This document shows, in pieces, positions 54,919 through 64,000 of a DNA stretch of 64,000 bases. Position 1 is the stretch's first letter, and each line of letters starts with the position of its first letter. A program made the position numbers and the translations under genes. Below the pieces are notes generated by a model that saw only the letters and a program-made list of their open reading frames with translations, was not told the DNA's origin and ran no database searches. The stretch comes from Eledone cirrhosa (lineage: Eukaryota), in contig OZ024742.1 in NCBI GenBank assembly GCA_964016885.1, forward strand, positions 45,446,001-45,510,000, written 5' to 3'.

Positions 54919-57900
54919 TGTATTCATCATTTAATGTCTATTTTCCCATCTCACCCATGCTAGCATGGAAAATAGACATTAAACGATGATGATTTATTCC
55001 TCTAATATAATGATTATACTGATAGAAGAGATAAAATTGATTTATTTGTTGCATTTTTTTCTAGAATTGTTCAATCTGTGTTACAAGCAAACAACTTGCC
55101 AGGAGCCATCAGTGCATTGGTCTGTGGTGGTGCTGATATTGGGTAATTATTTTCACTGAATTTCTTTTTTTTAACATGAAAAATTACGATTGCTTAAATG
55201 TAAAAAAAAAAAAAAAAGTGAAGGTGGAATATTTTCATCAGTGAGATATTTGTTGCAAGATGGACCCCGAGCAAGATAGTTAGATAAGATCCATGAGCTT
55301 GGCTGGTCTTGCTTGGGAATCCAGCTTCTGACAGGATCCACTGAAAGGAGTGTTTGAGGACTCTGCTCTCACAACCCTCTCAGAAATAAGTGGGCGAAGA
55401 AGAAGATATTTGTGCAGTTGCCTCTGCTAAAATCATAGAGTAGAAACAAAAAGGTCCTTGGTTGTTTAGTTCTGCTAAATATGGAAAATGAGAACCTTAG
55501 TAGTTTGGCATGAGTTAAGAATTTTTTTGTTTTTGTAATGCTATTGTAGTTACAGTGTATGTTTCTTATTTCTTACACATTGTTGCTTGGCCTCAGGTGA
55601 AGTCTGGTCAAGCAGACTTAGAATGAACAACATTTCTGCTGTGACTATGCTGTCTTTTTAGAGATATATCTGGGAATACATTATTGAATATGTCCTTTCC
55701 TTATTTAAGACAGTTGGGTGTGACTAAAGATAGATTTTTAGTAAGTTTAGCAATGAAACTGAGGCTATCTCATTAGTTATATATAGACACAGGAAGTAGG
55801 CTCTCTCAGTTTAGTAAGGTTGATGTAGTTGATGTTCAGCTTAAACATATACTGGTTGATGTATTCTCAGCTGTCCATTATTGCTGACAGTGTTCAGTGC
55901 TGTCATTTGGGAGTGAACGTACATGTGTAAACTGATTTGAGATTCACATGTTCTTGCACATGTAGGACACACATAGATAGGGGTTGATGGTTGTTTCACT
56001 GGTTTCTTGTAGTGTGGGCAATTTTTTGTTCATTTGTAGAATGATGAGATTGATTCCTGTCATGGGACCCGGCAAAGCTAAACCTGCTTTAGCAATAAAT
56101 ATGGCCTTAAAATGCTTCTTGATATAAAGACTAAATACAGAGAATGAATAAAAAATTTAGGTTATATTTATTCTATGTAACTGTATAGAATAATTTATTA
56201 AAAACTAGAGAAGTATGTTAGTTTTATTCTCATATGTAACTTAAAATCAGATTTTACTTAATGCTGTCATTAATTCTATTTTTTTTCTTTTCCCTTTCCT
56301 TGTTAGTACTCTGATGGCAAAGGATGAGAGGATTAACCTTTTGTCTTTTACAGGAAGCACTCAGGTGAGTTTTAAATATAGGGGTTGTGCTGGTGACACA
56401 AGAAAAAAAAGCACTTAGTCCACCTTGTAATGCCTACACTGTAATGTGGTCATGTTAGTGACACAAAAAAAAGCACTGTCTACAATGTAGGGTGGTTGTG
56501 CTGGTGACATGACAAAAAGTATTCAGTCCACCTTGTATGGTGACATTTTTCATCAGTGTTGTGTGGGTGACATCTTTCTCATGACAAATTGTGAATTATG
56601 CACCAAAGCCTAAATAAAAACATGCAGGCCTCTACTAACTGCATGGTGCACTGAATGTATTTAAAGTACCTATTTACAACTAGATTACCAGTTACTATTT
56701 GACATAAATTCAAACCTCACAACTGTTATTGTATTGTGTAAGGCATATTCTGTTAGTTATCTGTGAGTGAAAAAAAGTTCACTTTTATTTCACTCGTGAA
56801 GTGTTCAGGATTGCTAGGCAATGTGTCAAGGAAAACCGTGATATTGTCGGGGAGAAGTGTGGCCGTAATGATGATGGTGTACTTGCCATCACTGACGCTG
56901 ATAAGAAGGTAGCTTGGAAGTGTCACTACGAAAGGCTACTAAATGAGGAGAATAAATGGACAAAGACAGTCTGCTCCACATCGATCCAATAGAGGGACCA
57001 GCAGTGCAAGTTGAAGGTAGTATAATAAGTAAGGCAATCAAAGATATGAAGACAGGCAAGGCGGCTGGGCCTTCGGAGATAGTTGCTGAAATGCTGAAAG
57101 CATCTGGAACGGTGTGACACACTATGGTCACCCAGATAGTAAACCAAGTCATACAGAATGGAGTCATACCAAAGGACTGGCGTAGCAGCTTTATCATTAA
57201 CTGCTACAAGGGTAAAGAAGATGCCCTAGATAGGGGAAACTATAGAGGCATTAAATTAATTGACCAGGTCATGAAGGTCACAGAAAAAGTTATTGCGCAA
57301 CTAATCAGAGAGTGAATTGAGCTAGATGAAATGCAGTTCGGGTTTGTGACAGGTAAAAGTAAAAGACGCTCTTTTCATTGTACGACAACTACAGGAGAAG
57401 TACCTAGCTAAAAGTAAACCCCTATACTTAGCTTTTGATGACTTGGAAAAAGCCTTTGACAGAGTACCCCGTTCCATTATCTGGTGGGCTCTCAGAAAAC
57501 TAGGTGTTGATGAATGGCTTGTGAGAGCTATACAATCCATGTATAAAGAAAGTCAGCAAGGTTAGAATTAACAATGAATATAGTGAAGAGTTTAGCGTAA
57601 AAGTTGGTGTTCATCAGGGTTCTGTCCTTAGCCCCCTCCTATTTATTATTGCCCTTCAGGCTATAACAGAGGAGTTCAAGACCGGCTGCCCATGGGAACT
57701 TCTATACGCAGATGATCTAACGCTCATAGCTGAATCAATGGCTGATCTAGAGAAGAAATTCTAAACATGGCTAGAATCAAAAGGCCTTAAAATTAACTTG
57801 TCTAAGACTAAAGTTCTAGTATGTAGGAAGGAAAATAGGGCACTGGTCCACTCTGGGAAATGGCCATGCTCAGTGTGTAGGAAAGGAGTAGGCAGAAACT

Positions 57901-60900
57901 CCATTTTATGTCCCAAATGCAAAGTATGGGTGCATAAAAGATGTAGTGGGATCACAGGTAAGCTAACTAAGAACATAGATTTTATATGTGGCCGGTGCTC
58001 AGGTGCAATAAGTAGTAGCAAGTGCCCACAGAATACTAGCTCCTTCCATTGCCCAGATGGTTCTATAGAAATAGTGGACACCTTCCGTTACTTGGGTGAC
58101 AAAATCAGCAGTGGTGGAGGGTACTCTGAAAGTACAGTAGCTAATCAGAACGGGATGGAAAAAGTTCAGAGAGCTTATCCCACTATTGGCCACTAAAGGT
58201 TTCTCTCTAAAAATGAAACGCATACGAAATGATGCCTGCATACGAACAGCAATATTACATGGCAGTGAGACATGGGCATTGTGTGCAGAGGATATACGCA
58301 GACTGGAGAGGAACAAAGCTTGCTCTGTTGGATGTGTAATAGTAATATACGTGAACGGCAAAGCAGAAATGAACTAAGTGAGAAATTAGTAATAAGAGGG
58401 ATCAGATGCTGTTTACTCGAGAGAAGACTACGTTGGTATGGTCATGTGATGCGCATGAAGGACGACAGCTGTATAAAAAAGTCCAGGGCGATCAAAATAG
58501 ACGGTAGCCACGGAGTAGGCAGACCCAGAAAAACCTGGGACGATTTGATAAATTCCGACCTTACACGCTTACACGCTTACACCTCTCCAAGACAATGTAA
58601 CTGGACCGAGATCTTTGGCGTTACGCAATAATACAGAAGACTCGCCTTGCCTAAGTACAAAGCAAAACCTACAGTCAGTAAACACCTCTTAACCAAAAAT
58701 ACATCCCCATCCCACTATCCCTACCCCCACCCCTTTCGCTGTAAAGTTATGTTGGTACCACACCATCCAGTCCTAAATAAATGAAGTCGTGTAGGTGTCA
58801 CGACAAAAAAGCACACAGTCCACGCTGTAATGTGGCTGTGTAGGTAACACGGTAAAAACCTCCCAGTCCACGCTGTAAACGTGATTGGTGTTAGGAAGAG
58901 CATCCAGCTGTAGAAAACCTGCCAGACAGTCCAAAACCTGCAAATATGTCCAACAAAAATTTCATTTCAGATGGAAAACAGTTTAAGAAAAACTAAATTT
59001 TCTAATTTGTTAGCAACAGTAAACAATTTTAGATGAAAAAACTGCCAGTGATGAGCAAGTATTTATATAATACAACAATAATATTTTCACATCAATTATA
59101 AATATTAAAGTAAACATTTTTTTTTCTATGCCACTTTTTTCCTTTGCAACTTTTAAAGCTAATGTAATTTTTATCTTTTAGATTGGCAAACTCGTATCAT
59201 TGATGGTCCATGAAAGATTTGGTGAGTTTTTAGCACTCATTGCATTTTGTCTTTTTCACTTAGATTTATTTAATTAGTTCTTTCCTTATTTCCCCTTTTT
59301 GGGATGACTATTCAGATATGTCAAAGACATGGCAACCTCTGAAGGGCTGATGCCATGATAAAATGCACTCAGTAGAGCATGGGAATGTGTCTAAATGAGA
59401 TGCAGGCACTCTGACCATCTAAGAGGTCAGGAGCTCTGCTTCAATACTGACTTGGTTTGTGGAGATCTATTCTACTCTTGCTAGCAAGGAAGTCAGATGT
59501 TTAATGATGAATCTTATATAATTATTAAACCTTTTATTTTCTATTCTGTGTATTCTTAAATTGTTTTCTTTTTTGTTTCAGGCAAATGTCTGTTGGAATT
59601 GGGTGGAAACAATGCACTTATTGGTAAGCATTCTCTTTTTATCTTTCTTGAGGTCAGACACTCATTAGGTCAGAGCTTACTCTGGTTTTATGAGACATTA
59701 AATGACTGAGAGTACAAGACTTCCTATTGTTATTTTCAGCTAAATAGACTCAACATGAAATAAAGTGCCTTGTTCAAGGACACAATGCATTATTTGGTCT
59801 AGGGGTTGAACCCACAATCATATATGAAACCAATACCTTAACCACTAGGTTGTGTGCCTTTTATATACTTTATATCTAGTTTATAGTAAAGCAAACAAGT
59901 TCCAACCCTTTTCAAACCAAATTACCTGGAACTGCTCCTGCTTCTACAATACAAAGCAGTTTATTTTAAAGTGTGTATGTATATCTAAAACCTTCCATCA
60001 TAATTTTATGCAAGAACATTTATATTTGAAACACCAGCTTAATAAAAAGAAAATTAGTTATATTATTAGATCCCCTCCAAATTATTGATTATTTTCAAAA
60101 TTATTTGAAAATCATAGGTTGTATCTTTCATTAGAAATTTTGTGGTTAAAGGGTTAAGAAACAGTCTCAACTTTTAAGAAATATGTGAATGAAACCATTT
60201 GAAAAATGTTTGAAAATATTTTGATGTGGCTTAAATTGGATTAAAATTTCTTTTAACAGTAAATGATGATGCTGACCTTGAAATGGTAGTACGGTCAGCT
60301 CTCTTTGCCTGTGCTGGAACTGCTGGTCAGAGATGTACCACCACAAGACGTTTGGTAAGGATTCTAAAATTATACAAATTATATTGAACTTTTTTTATCA
60401 CGCTGTAAGGTGATTGGCATTAGGAATGGCATCCACCTGTAGCAACCCAGCCAAAAATGGAATGTATGAGCAAGATGTGGTCACTTGACCAGTCTAGCCT
60501 TGGTAGTGACAACCTGTCTGACCTATGCAAGCATGGAAAATAAATTTGAAATAAGGATGATGATATAGTCAATTTCTTTCACCTACTTTTCATATCTTTC
60601 ACCCTTACACATTCTTCCCAGTTTATATATAATGTGGAAACTTATAATCACAAATAATTTTATCAAATGCATATGGGTCACAAGCAGCTTCAGCATATAA
60701 TCAATATACTGTAGTTATATCCTCTACTTAATCAGCCTATTATTGTTATCTAAAAGGCTTTGTCTTAAAGGGAGGAGACTGAGCTTTGGGAGACTCCTAG
60801 CTGCACACTAAATTTGTTGCCAATTCATACTTTGCTGGTTGCACCTCAGTACATAGCTTGTACAGCCCTCACAAGCCCTTCCTCTATCCCTAGCTTCCTA

Positions 60901-63204
60901 AACAACCACTAATTTACAGAGTATGGGATTCTATCAAAAACCTTTTTCTCTATAGAAGCTTATTCTAAGCTAGCTACTTCTGCAATTATCTAACTCAGAA
61001 GATTGTATTGGAAGTGCTTCTCCTGGATACAGTCAAATTGCTTCTCAAGATAAATTCGGTCCCTAATTTATTGTGCAATTACTCTTGCTCAACAAATTGA
61101 GTCAGAACCTTTCGTGTACCATCATAATTTTACCTGTCAATCTCACCAATTTCATGTTGGTTAAAAACCTCCGATCAACATGGTTATTGTGCAGAAAATG
61201 TGATGTAAAAATAACTGTAGCGAAACCATAAGGCTAAGCCTTCATCCCACTATTGTGAAAGGATTAACTAATTTAATTCAGTACCTTATTTTCAGTTTAG
61301 TCAGAACATTTTATGTATCATCTTCACCATTTTATGTTATTTTTTTCATGCTATGTATCTATCTAACAGATTTTACATGAGAAAGTCCATGATGAGGTTG
61401 TGACAAAGTTAGTCAAGGCTTATGGTCAACTACTTATTGGAGATCCATTGGAATGTAAGTGTGTTTATATTGATGTGACTTATGGTGGTTTATATTGATG
61501 TGACTTTCTGAGAGAAAATGTATATAAGAGGGATCAGATGTAGTGTGCAGGAGAGGAGATTGTGTTGGTATGGACATGTGATGTGTATGAAGGATGACAA
61601 CTGTATAAAAAAGTGCAGAGGGCTCAAAGTTGATGAAGCTATGGAGTAGGAAGATTTGGGTGAGGTGATAAAAGCTGACCTTGCACAATTGTACCTCTTG
61701 AAGGCAATGACACAGTACAAAGATCTCTGGCATTATACAGTTATACAGAAGACCCATCTTCCCATGAGCAAAGGTAGAAGCATATATCTAGTATGCACCA
61801 CCTTCACCTCCATCCCCCTTCCATACACCTATGTTCTAACACCCCACACATGTTCTAACATTCCACTCCTCACAAACGCCCCTATACCTACATCCCCACC
61901 AAAATCCCCAATGCACACTAAAGTGATTGTGTAGGAGTCACGACAAAAAGCATCCAGTATTCACTGTAAATGTGGCTGACATTAGGAAGAGCATCCAACC
62001 ATAGGAACCAAGCCAGAAACAGTTCTGTATGAGCAATGCATGGTCACCTCATGCTAGCATGGAAAATGAACATTAAATGATGATGATGGTTGATGTGATT
62101 ACTGCTGTTATTGTTTTGGGAGCCTAGAGGCTCATCAAGACACATTCTTCATATTGTCTTAGTCTTTCTTTTGTAACTAAGAAAATCAAACAAAACTTTC
62201 ACATTTAACTCTAGTGAATGTGGAAATTTAATGTGGAAAATGTTTTTGACTTCACTTAAAGATTTTTGTCTAAAGTTTACATGTATTTATGATGTCTGTC
62301 TTTGAGAATCTCCAAATATCCTCTTGGTATATAGTATCAATAGTGCTGTGAATAAGTTACTAACTAGGACCCTGATTCCTTCAGGGAAGTGGCCTTGCTC
62401 AATATATAAAAAAGGGGTAGACATAAATTTTCTACGATGTACACAATGTAAATTTTAGTTACACAGGTGATCAGGAGTAATCAAGGGGAAGAATATCAGT
62501 GATATAAACCTTTTCTAATCATGAAGGATCCATAGAAGTGGTTAATAGCTTCTGCTATCTAGGTGACCTAATGAGCAGCGGAGGAGGGTGCTCCAAGAAC
62601 AATAGCTAGAATAAGGATAGGATGGAAGAGCTACTCTCACTGTTGTCAACAAAATGTTTCTCCCTGTGTACAAAAGAACAGCTGTATGATACCTGTGTGC
62701 GAAGTGTGATGCTGCCTGGTAGTGAAACATGGACAGTGGCTGGAGAGAAATGAAGCTACCAGGCTTTGTTGGATGTGCAATATGTGAGAGAAAAGCAGAG
62801 CTTGAATGAATCGAGGGAGAAACTGGGTTTAAGAGGAATCTGAAGTGGTGTGCAAGCTGGGTGGAGGTGGTGAGCTGATTTCAAATCGCTGAGAATCACA
62901 GAAGATGATGAAGGAACGTGATGAATTGAGAGATGCTGTGCTGAAAAGGACTTGACCAAGCATGGAAAAATGAATGTAAAAATGATGATGATGAATTACA
63001 GGTTGCAGAATAATTGTATAAATTCATCTACTTTTATTTATGACTGAAGTTATATTTCTGGCTATAAAAAGACATTAAATGTTATTTTTACTTTCAGCTG
63101 GAATACTGTATGGCCCTATGCACAGCCAACAGGGTATAGACCTTTATTTGAAGGCTGTTAATGATGCTGTTGCTCAAGGAGGCAAAATTGAATATGGTGG
63201 AAAA
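28881..63204 (+). CDS. ALDH7A1: Aldehyde dehydrogenase 7A1 (antiquitin), 14 coding exons; 3' part outside the window
   Basis: All introns GT-AG with consistent phases. Motifs [63 protein letters not shown] (catalytic Glu and Cys). Confidence 0.96.
29971..30039 (+). ncRNA. Hammerhead-like motif, sense in ALDH7A1 intron 1
   Basis: gctgt-CTGATGA-[irregular stem II]-GAAA-tatgta-TC-acagc, followed by AATAAA. Confidence 0.6.
30129..31075 (+). mobile_element. Possible Helentron/DINE-like non-autonomous element
   Basis: Begins TAGCAGAGGTACCCGGCGTTG after a (CT)n tract; subterminal CAAATTTCC..AATCTGTCCA. Resemblance only; boundaries uncertain. Confidence 0.35.
31496..31712. mobile_element. piggyBac-derived MITE copy
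   Basis: CTTTAACATTTAC ... TAAATGCTAAAGGG|TTAA; internal similarity to 38116-38324. Confidence 0.75.
32466..32631. repeat. Perfect 83-bp tandem duplication
   Basis: CACTACCCTCATCATCTAG...GCTCCGCAC present twice. Confidence 0.9.
32744..33046 (+). mobile_element. tRNA-head SINE with RTE-B-derived tail (5' end clipped)
   Basis: Near identical to 44650-45035; ends in (GAT)n. Confidence 0.8.
33231..34178 (+). mobile_element. 5'-truncated CR1-like LINE inserted into a piggyBac MITE; (TTA)n tail
   Basis: ORF 33209-34015: LQSDLD..W...W.L...[47 protein letters not shown] halves at 33075-33230 and about 36200-36245. Confidence 0.9.
34179..35956 (+). mobile_element. 5'-truncated RTE family B inserted into the CR1 tail
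   Basis: RT from IPKDWCSS through YADD and the PHD-like finger; frameshifts near 35336 and 35435; (GAT)n tail. Confidence 0.92.
36297..36350 (+). CDS. ALDH7A1: ALDH7A1 exon 2
   Basis: ttccag|[18 protein letters not shown]|gtatgt, 54 nt. Confidence 0.93.
37539..37604 (+). CDS. ALDH7A1: ALDH7A1 exon 3
   Basis: tttag|[22 protein letters not shown]|gtaaga, 66 nt. Confidence 0.92.
37655..37731. repeat. (CA)n microsatellite
   Basis: Read directly. Confidence 0.98.
38116..38324. mobile_element. Intact 209-bp piggyBac-derived MITE
   Basis: TTAA|CCCTTTAGTATTTA ... TAAATACTAAAGGG|TTAA: perfect 14-bp TIRs and TTAA duplication. Further copies at about 39140-39304 and 63867-64000. Confidence 0.9.
38412..38492 (+). 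CDS. ALDH7A1: ALDH7A1 exon 4
   Basis: ttag|[27 protein letters not shown]|gtaagt, 81 nt. Confidence 0.95.
38609..38732 (+). CDS. ALDH7A1: ALDH7A1 exon 5
   Basis: ccag|[41 protein letters not shown]|gtaagt, 124 nt. Confidence 0.96.
39914..40046 (+). CDS. ALDH7A1: ALDH7A1 exon 6
   Basis: acag|[43 protein letters not shown]|gtaaga, 133 nt. Confidence 0.96.
40408..40710 (+). mobile_element. Internally deleted CR1-like 3' fragment
   Basis: Sequence matching 33479-33520 is joined directly to sequence matching 33910-34160. Confidence 0.8.
40898..40942 (+). CDS. ALDH7A1: ALDH7A1 exon 7
   Basis: ttcag|[14 protein letters not shown]|gtaagt, 45 nt. Confidence 0.94.
41893..44103 (+). mobile_element. 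5'-truncated RTE family A copy in ALDH7A1 intron 7
   Basis: ORF 42217-43719 is nearly identical to the RT of 5779-8442; (GAT)n tail; (TA)n on both sides. Confidence 0.95.
44650..45036 (+). mobile_element. Full-length tRNA-derived SINE with RTE-B 3' tail
   Basis: A box TGGCTTAGTGG, B box GAGTTCAATTC, core TCCTTGAGCAAGACACTT; tail matches the RTE-B 3' UTR; (GAT)n end. Confidence 0.85.
45558..49365 (-). mobile_element. Full-length but disabled RTE family B
   Basis: APE ORF 47890-48948 and RT pieces 47290-47727, 46720-47244, 45847-46689 separated by stops. (ATC)n at the left end. The 5' boundary is approximate. Confidence 0.93.
49917..53680 (+). mobile_element. Internally deleted piggyBac transposon
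   Basis: TTAA|CCCTTTAGCATTCA ... TGAATGCTAAAGGG|TTAA. Acidic N-terminus [13 protein letters not shown] (50156), EMKAFF.I.IMFGI..P....YWS, and MAKTRF..L..YLHL.D...[10 protein letters not shown]. The catalytic C-terminal part is missing. Confidence 0.92.
50665..52970 (-). mobile_element. 5'-truncated RTE family B inserted into the piggyBac transposase
   Basis: Uninterrupted RT ORF within 50965-53004. Removing it rejoins FGDPY|[10 protein letters not shown]. Confidence 0.95.
54658..54718 (+). ncRNA. Type I hammerhead ribozyme motif, sense in ALDH7A1 intron 7
   Basis: tattttat-CTGATGA-gag c gtaccaaa gt tttggtac c ctt-GAAA-tatata-TA-atagaata. Confidence 0.75.
55065..55142 (+). CDS. ALDH7A1: ALDH7A1 exon 8
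   Basis: ctag|[25 protein letters not shown]|gtaatt, 78 nt. Confidence 0.95.
56307..56364 (+). CDS. ALDH7A1: ALDH7A1 exon 9
   Basis: ttag|[19 protein letters not shown]|gtgagt, 58 nt. Confidence 0.95.
56795..58935 (+). mobile_element. Degenerate 5'-truncated RTE family A copy in ALDH7A1 intron 9
   Basis: Fragmented RT ORFs 56801-58631 with stops and frameshifts, plus 3' UTR. Confidence 0.92.
59182..59221 (+). CDS. ALDH7A1: ALDH7A1 exon 10
   Basis: tttag|[13 protein letters not shown]|gtgagt, 40 nt. Confidence 0.92.
59582..59623 (+). CDS. ALDH7A1: ALDH7A1 exon 11
   Basis: ttcag|[13 protein letters not shown]|gtaagc, 42 nt. Confidence 0.95.
60260..60354 (+). CDS. ALDH7A1: ALDH7A1 exon 12 (catalytic Cys)
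   Basis: aacag|[31 protein letters not shown]|gtaagg, 95 nt. Confidence 0.96.
61370..61454 (+). CDS. ALDH7A1: ALDH7A1 exon 13
   Basis: aacag|[28 protein letters not shown]|gtaagt, 85 nt. Confidence 0.95.
61505..62088 (+). mobile_element. Old RTE 3' fragment
   Basis: [24 protein letters not shown] plus 3' UTR and (GAT)n. Confidence 0.8.
62365..62993 (+). mobile_element. Highly decayed RTE fragment
   Basis: [15 protein letters not shown] and GSETW remnants; (GAT)n tail. Confidence 0.65.
63098..63204 (+). CDS. ALDH7A1: ALDH7A1 exon 14
   Basis: ttcag|[35 protein letters not shown]|gtaggc, 107 nt. Confidence 0.94.
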
Positions 63205-64000
63205 GTAGGCCTCATCCTTGTTGTATATGTCATAGTTTAAATAAGTAGCAATATAGTATAATGTTGAGATGGGGAATTGGCAGTGTCACTAAAATATCAG
63301 ATAGAATGCTTTCCTGTATTTGTTCTGGCTCTCTGTGCCTTGAGTTCAAATCCCACTGAAGTCAGTTTTGCATGTCATCCTTTCAAGGTCAATTAAAAAA
63401 GTACCAGTCAAGTACTTGGGTTGATTCTACCTCTATCTCTCTCTCAAAGAAATCGACTGTGTTCAGACCTGGAGAGGGGATGATCTCTGCTAGATTTAAA
63501 ATGCCCAAGACATACTATATGTCACTATAGTGCCCCTGTGGATCCAACAGGAGTTATAGGCCAATACATATGTAGCATAATATTGGCAAATTAGTGATCC
63601 TATGGTAGAAAAATACACTGCTGCTCTTGAAGTATGAGAACTGTATAAATATCTTTTATTTTATCAACTTGATGTGGTATTGATTTCAAGAGGTTTTATT
63701 GACCTGGAATAGACAAGGATAAATTCCTAAATGTTTTTGTTTATGAAATTACAGTGTTACCAAGATTTTGATTCCTCTCAAATATTTTCAGATGTTTAAT
63801 ATAATAATGACAAACAATAAAAACTGGGATAATATAATACTTTGCCAACTGGCTGAATAACATTAACCCTTTAACATTTACATTACTCTATATTTACTAT
63901 ATTATACTTCATGGTAAAGGTTTTACCTCACATAATTATCTCACATAATATCGAATCTGTGAGGTTTTGATATTATATATTTTGAAAACAATGCCTTATC

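Overview
AT-rich, intron-rich animal genomic DNA. The gene sequences, (TA)n arrays and SINE/RTE repertoire suggest an octopod cephalopod (inference). Two host genes can be spliced by hand on the + strand: a complete COX5A (4 coding exons, 157 aa, 17606-24055, plus a probable 3'-UTR intron) and the first 14 coding exons of ALDH7A1/antiquitin (28881-63204, continuing past the window). The rest is mostly mobile DNA: two RTE-clade LINE families carrying a PHD-like C4HC3 finger inside the RT region, CR1-like and RTE-X-like fragments, Penelope-like elements (PLEs) with GIY-YIG domains, a deleted piggyBac with its MITE family, tRNA-derived SINEs, and kb-scale interrupted (TA)n arrays with a 200-N gap. 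The most notable observations are about seven hammerhead-ribozyme-like motifs (two sense-oriented in ALDH7A1 introns), a nested PLE>piggyBac>RTE insertion in intron 7, a motif shared by both promoters and a PLE, and an extra ALDH7A1 intron relative to the human gene. I found no prokaryotic-type system. The long IY-repeat ORFs are microsatellite artefacts.
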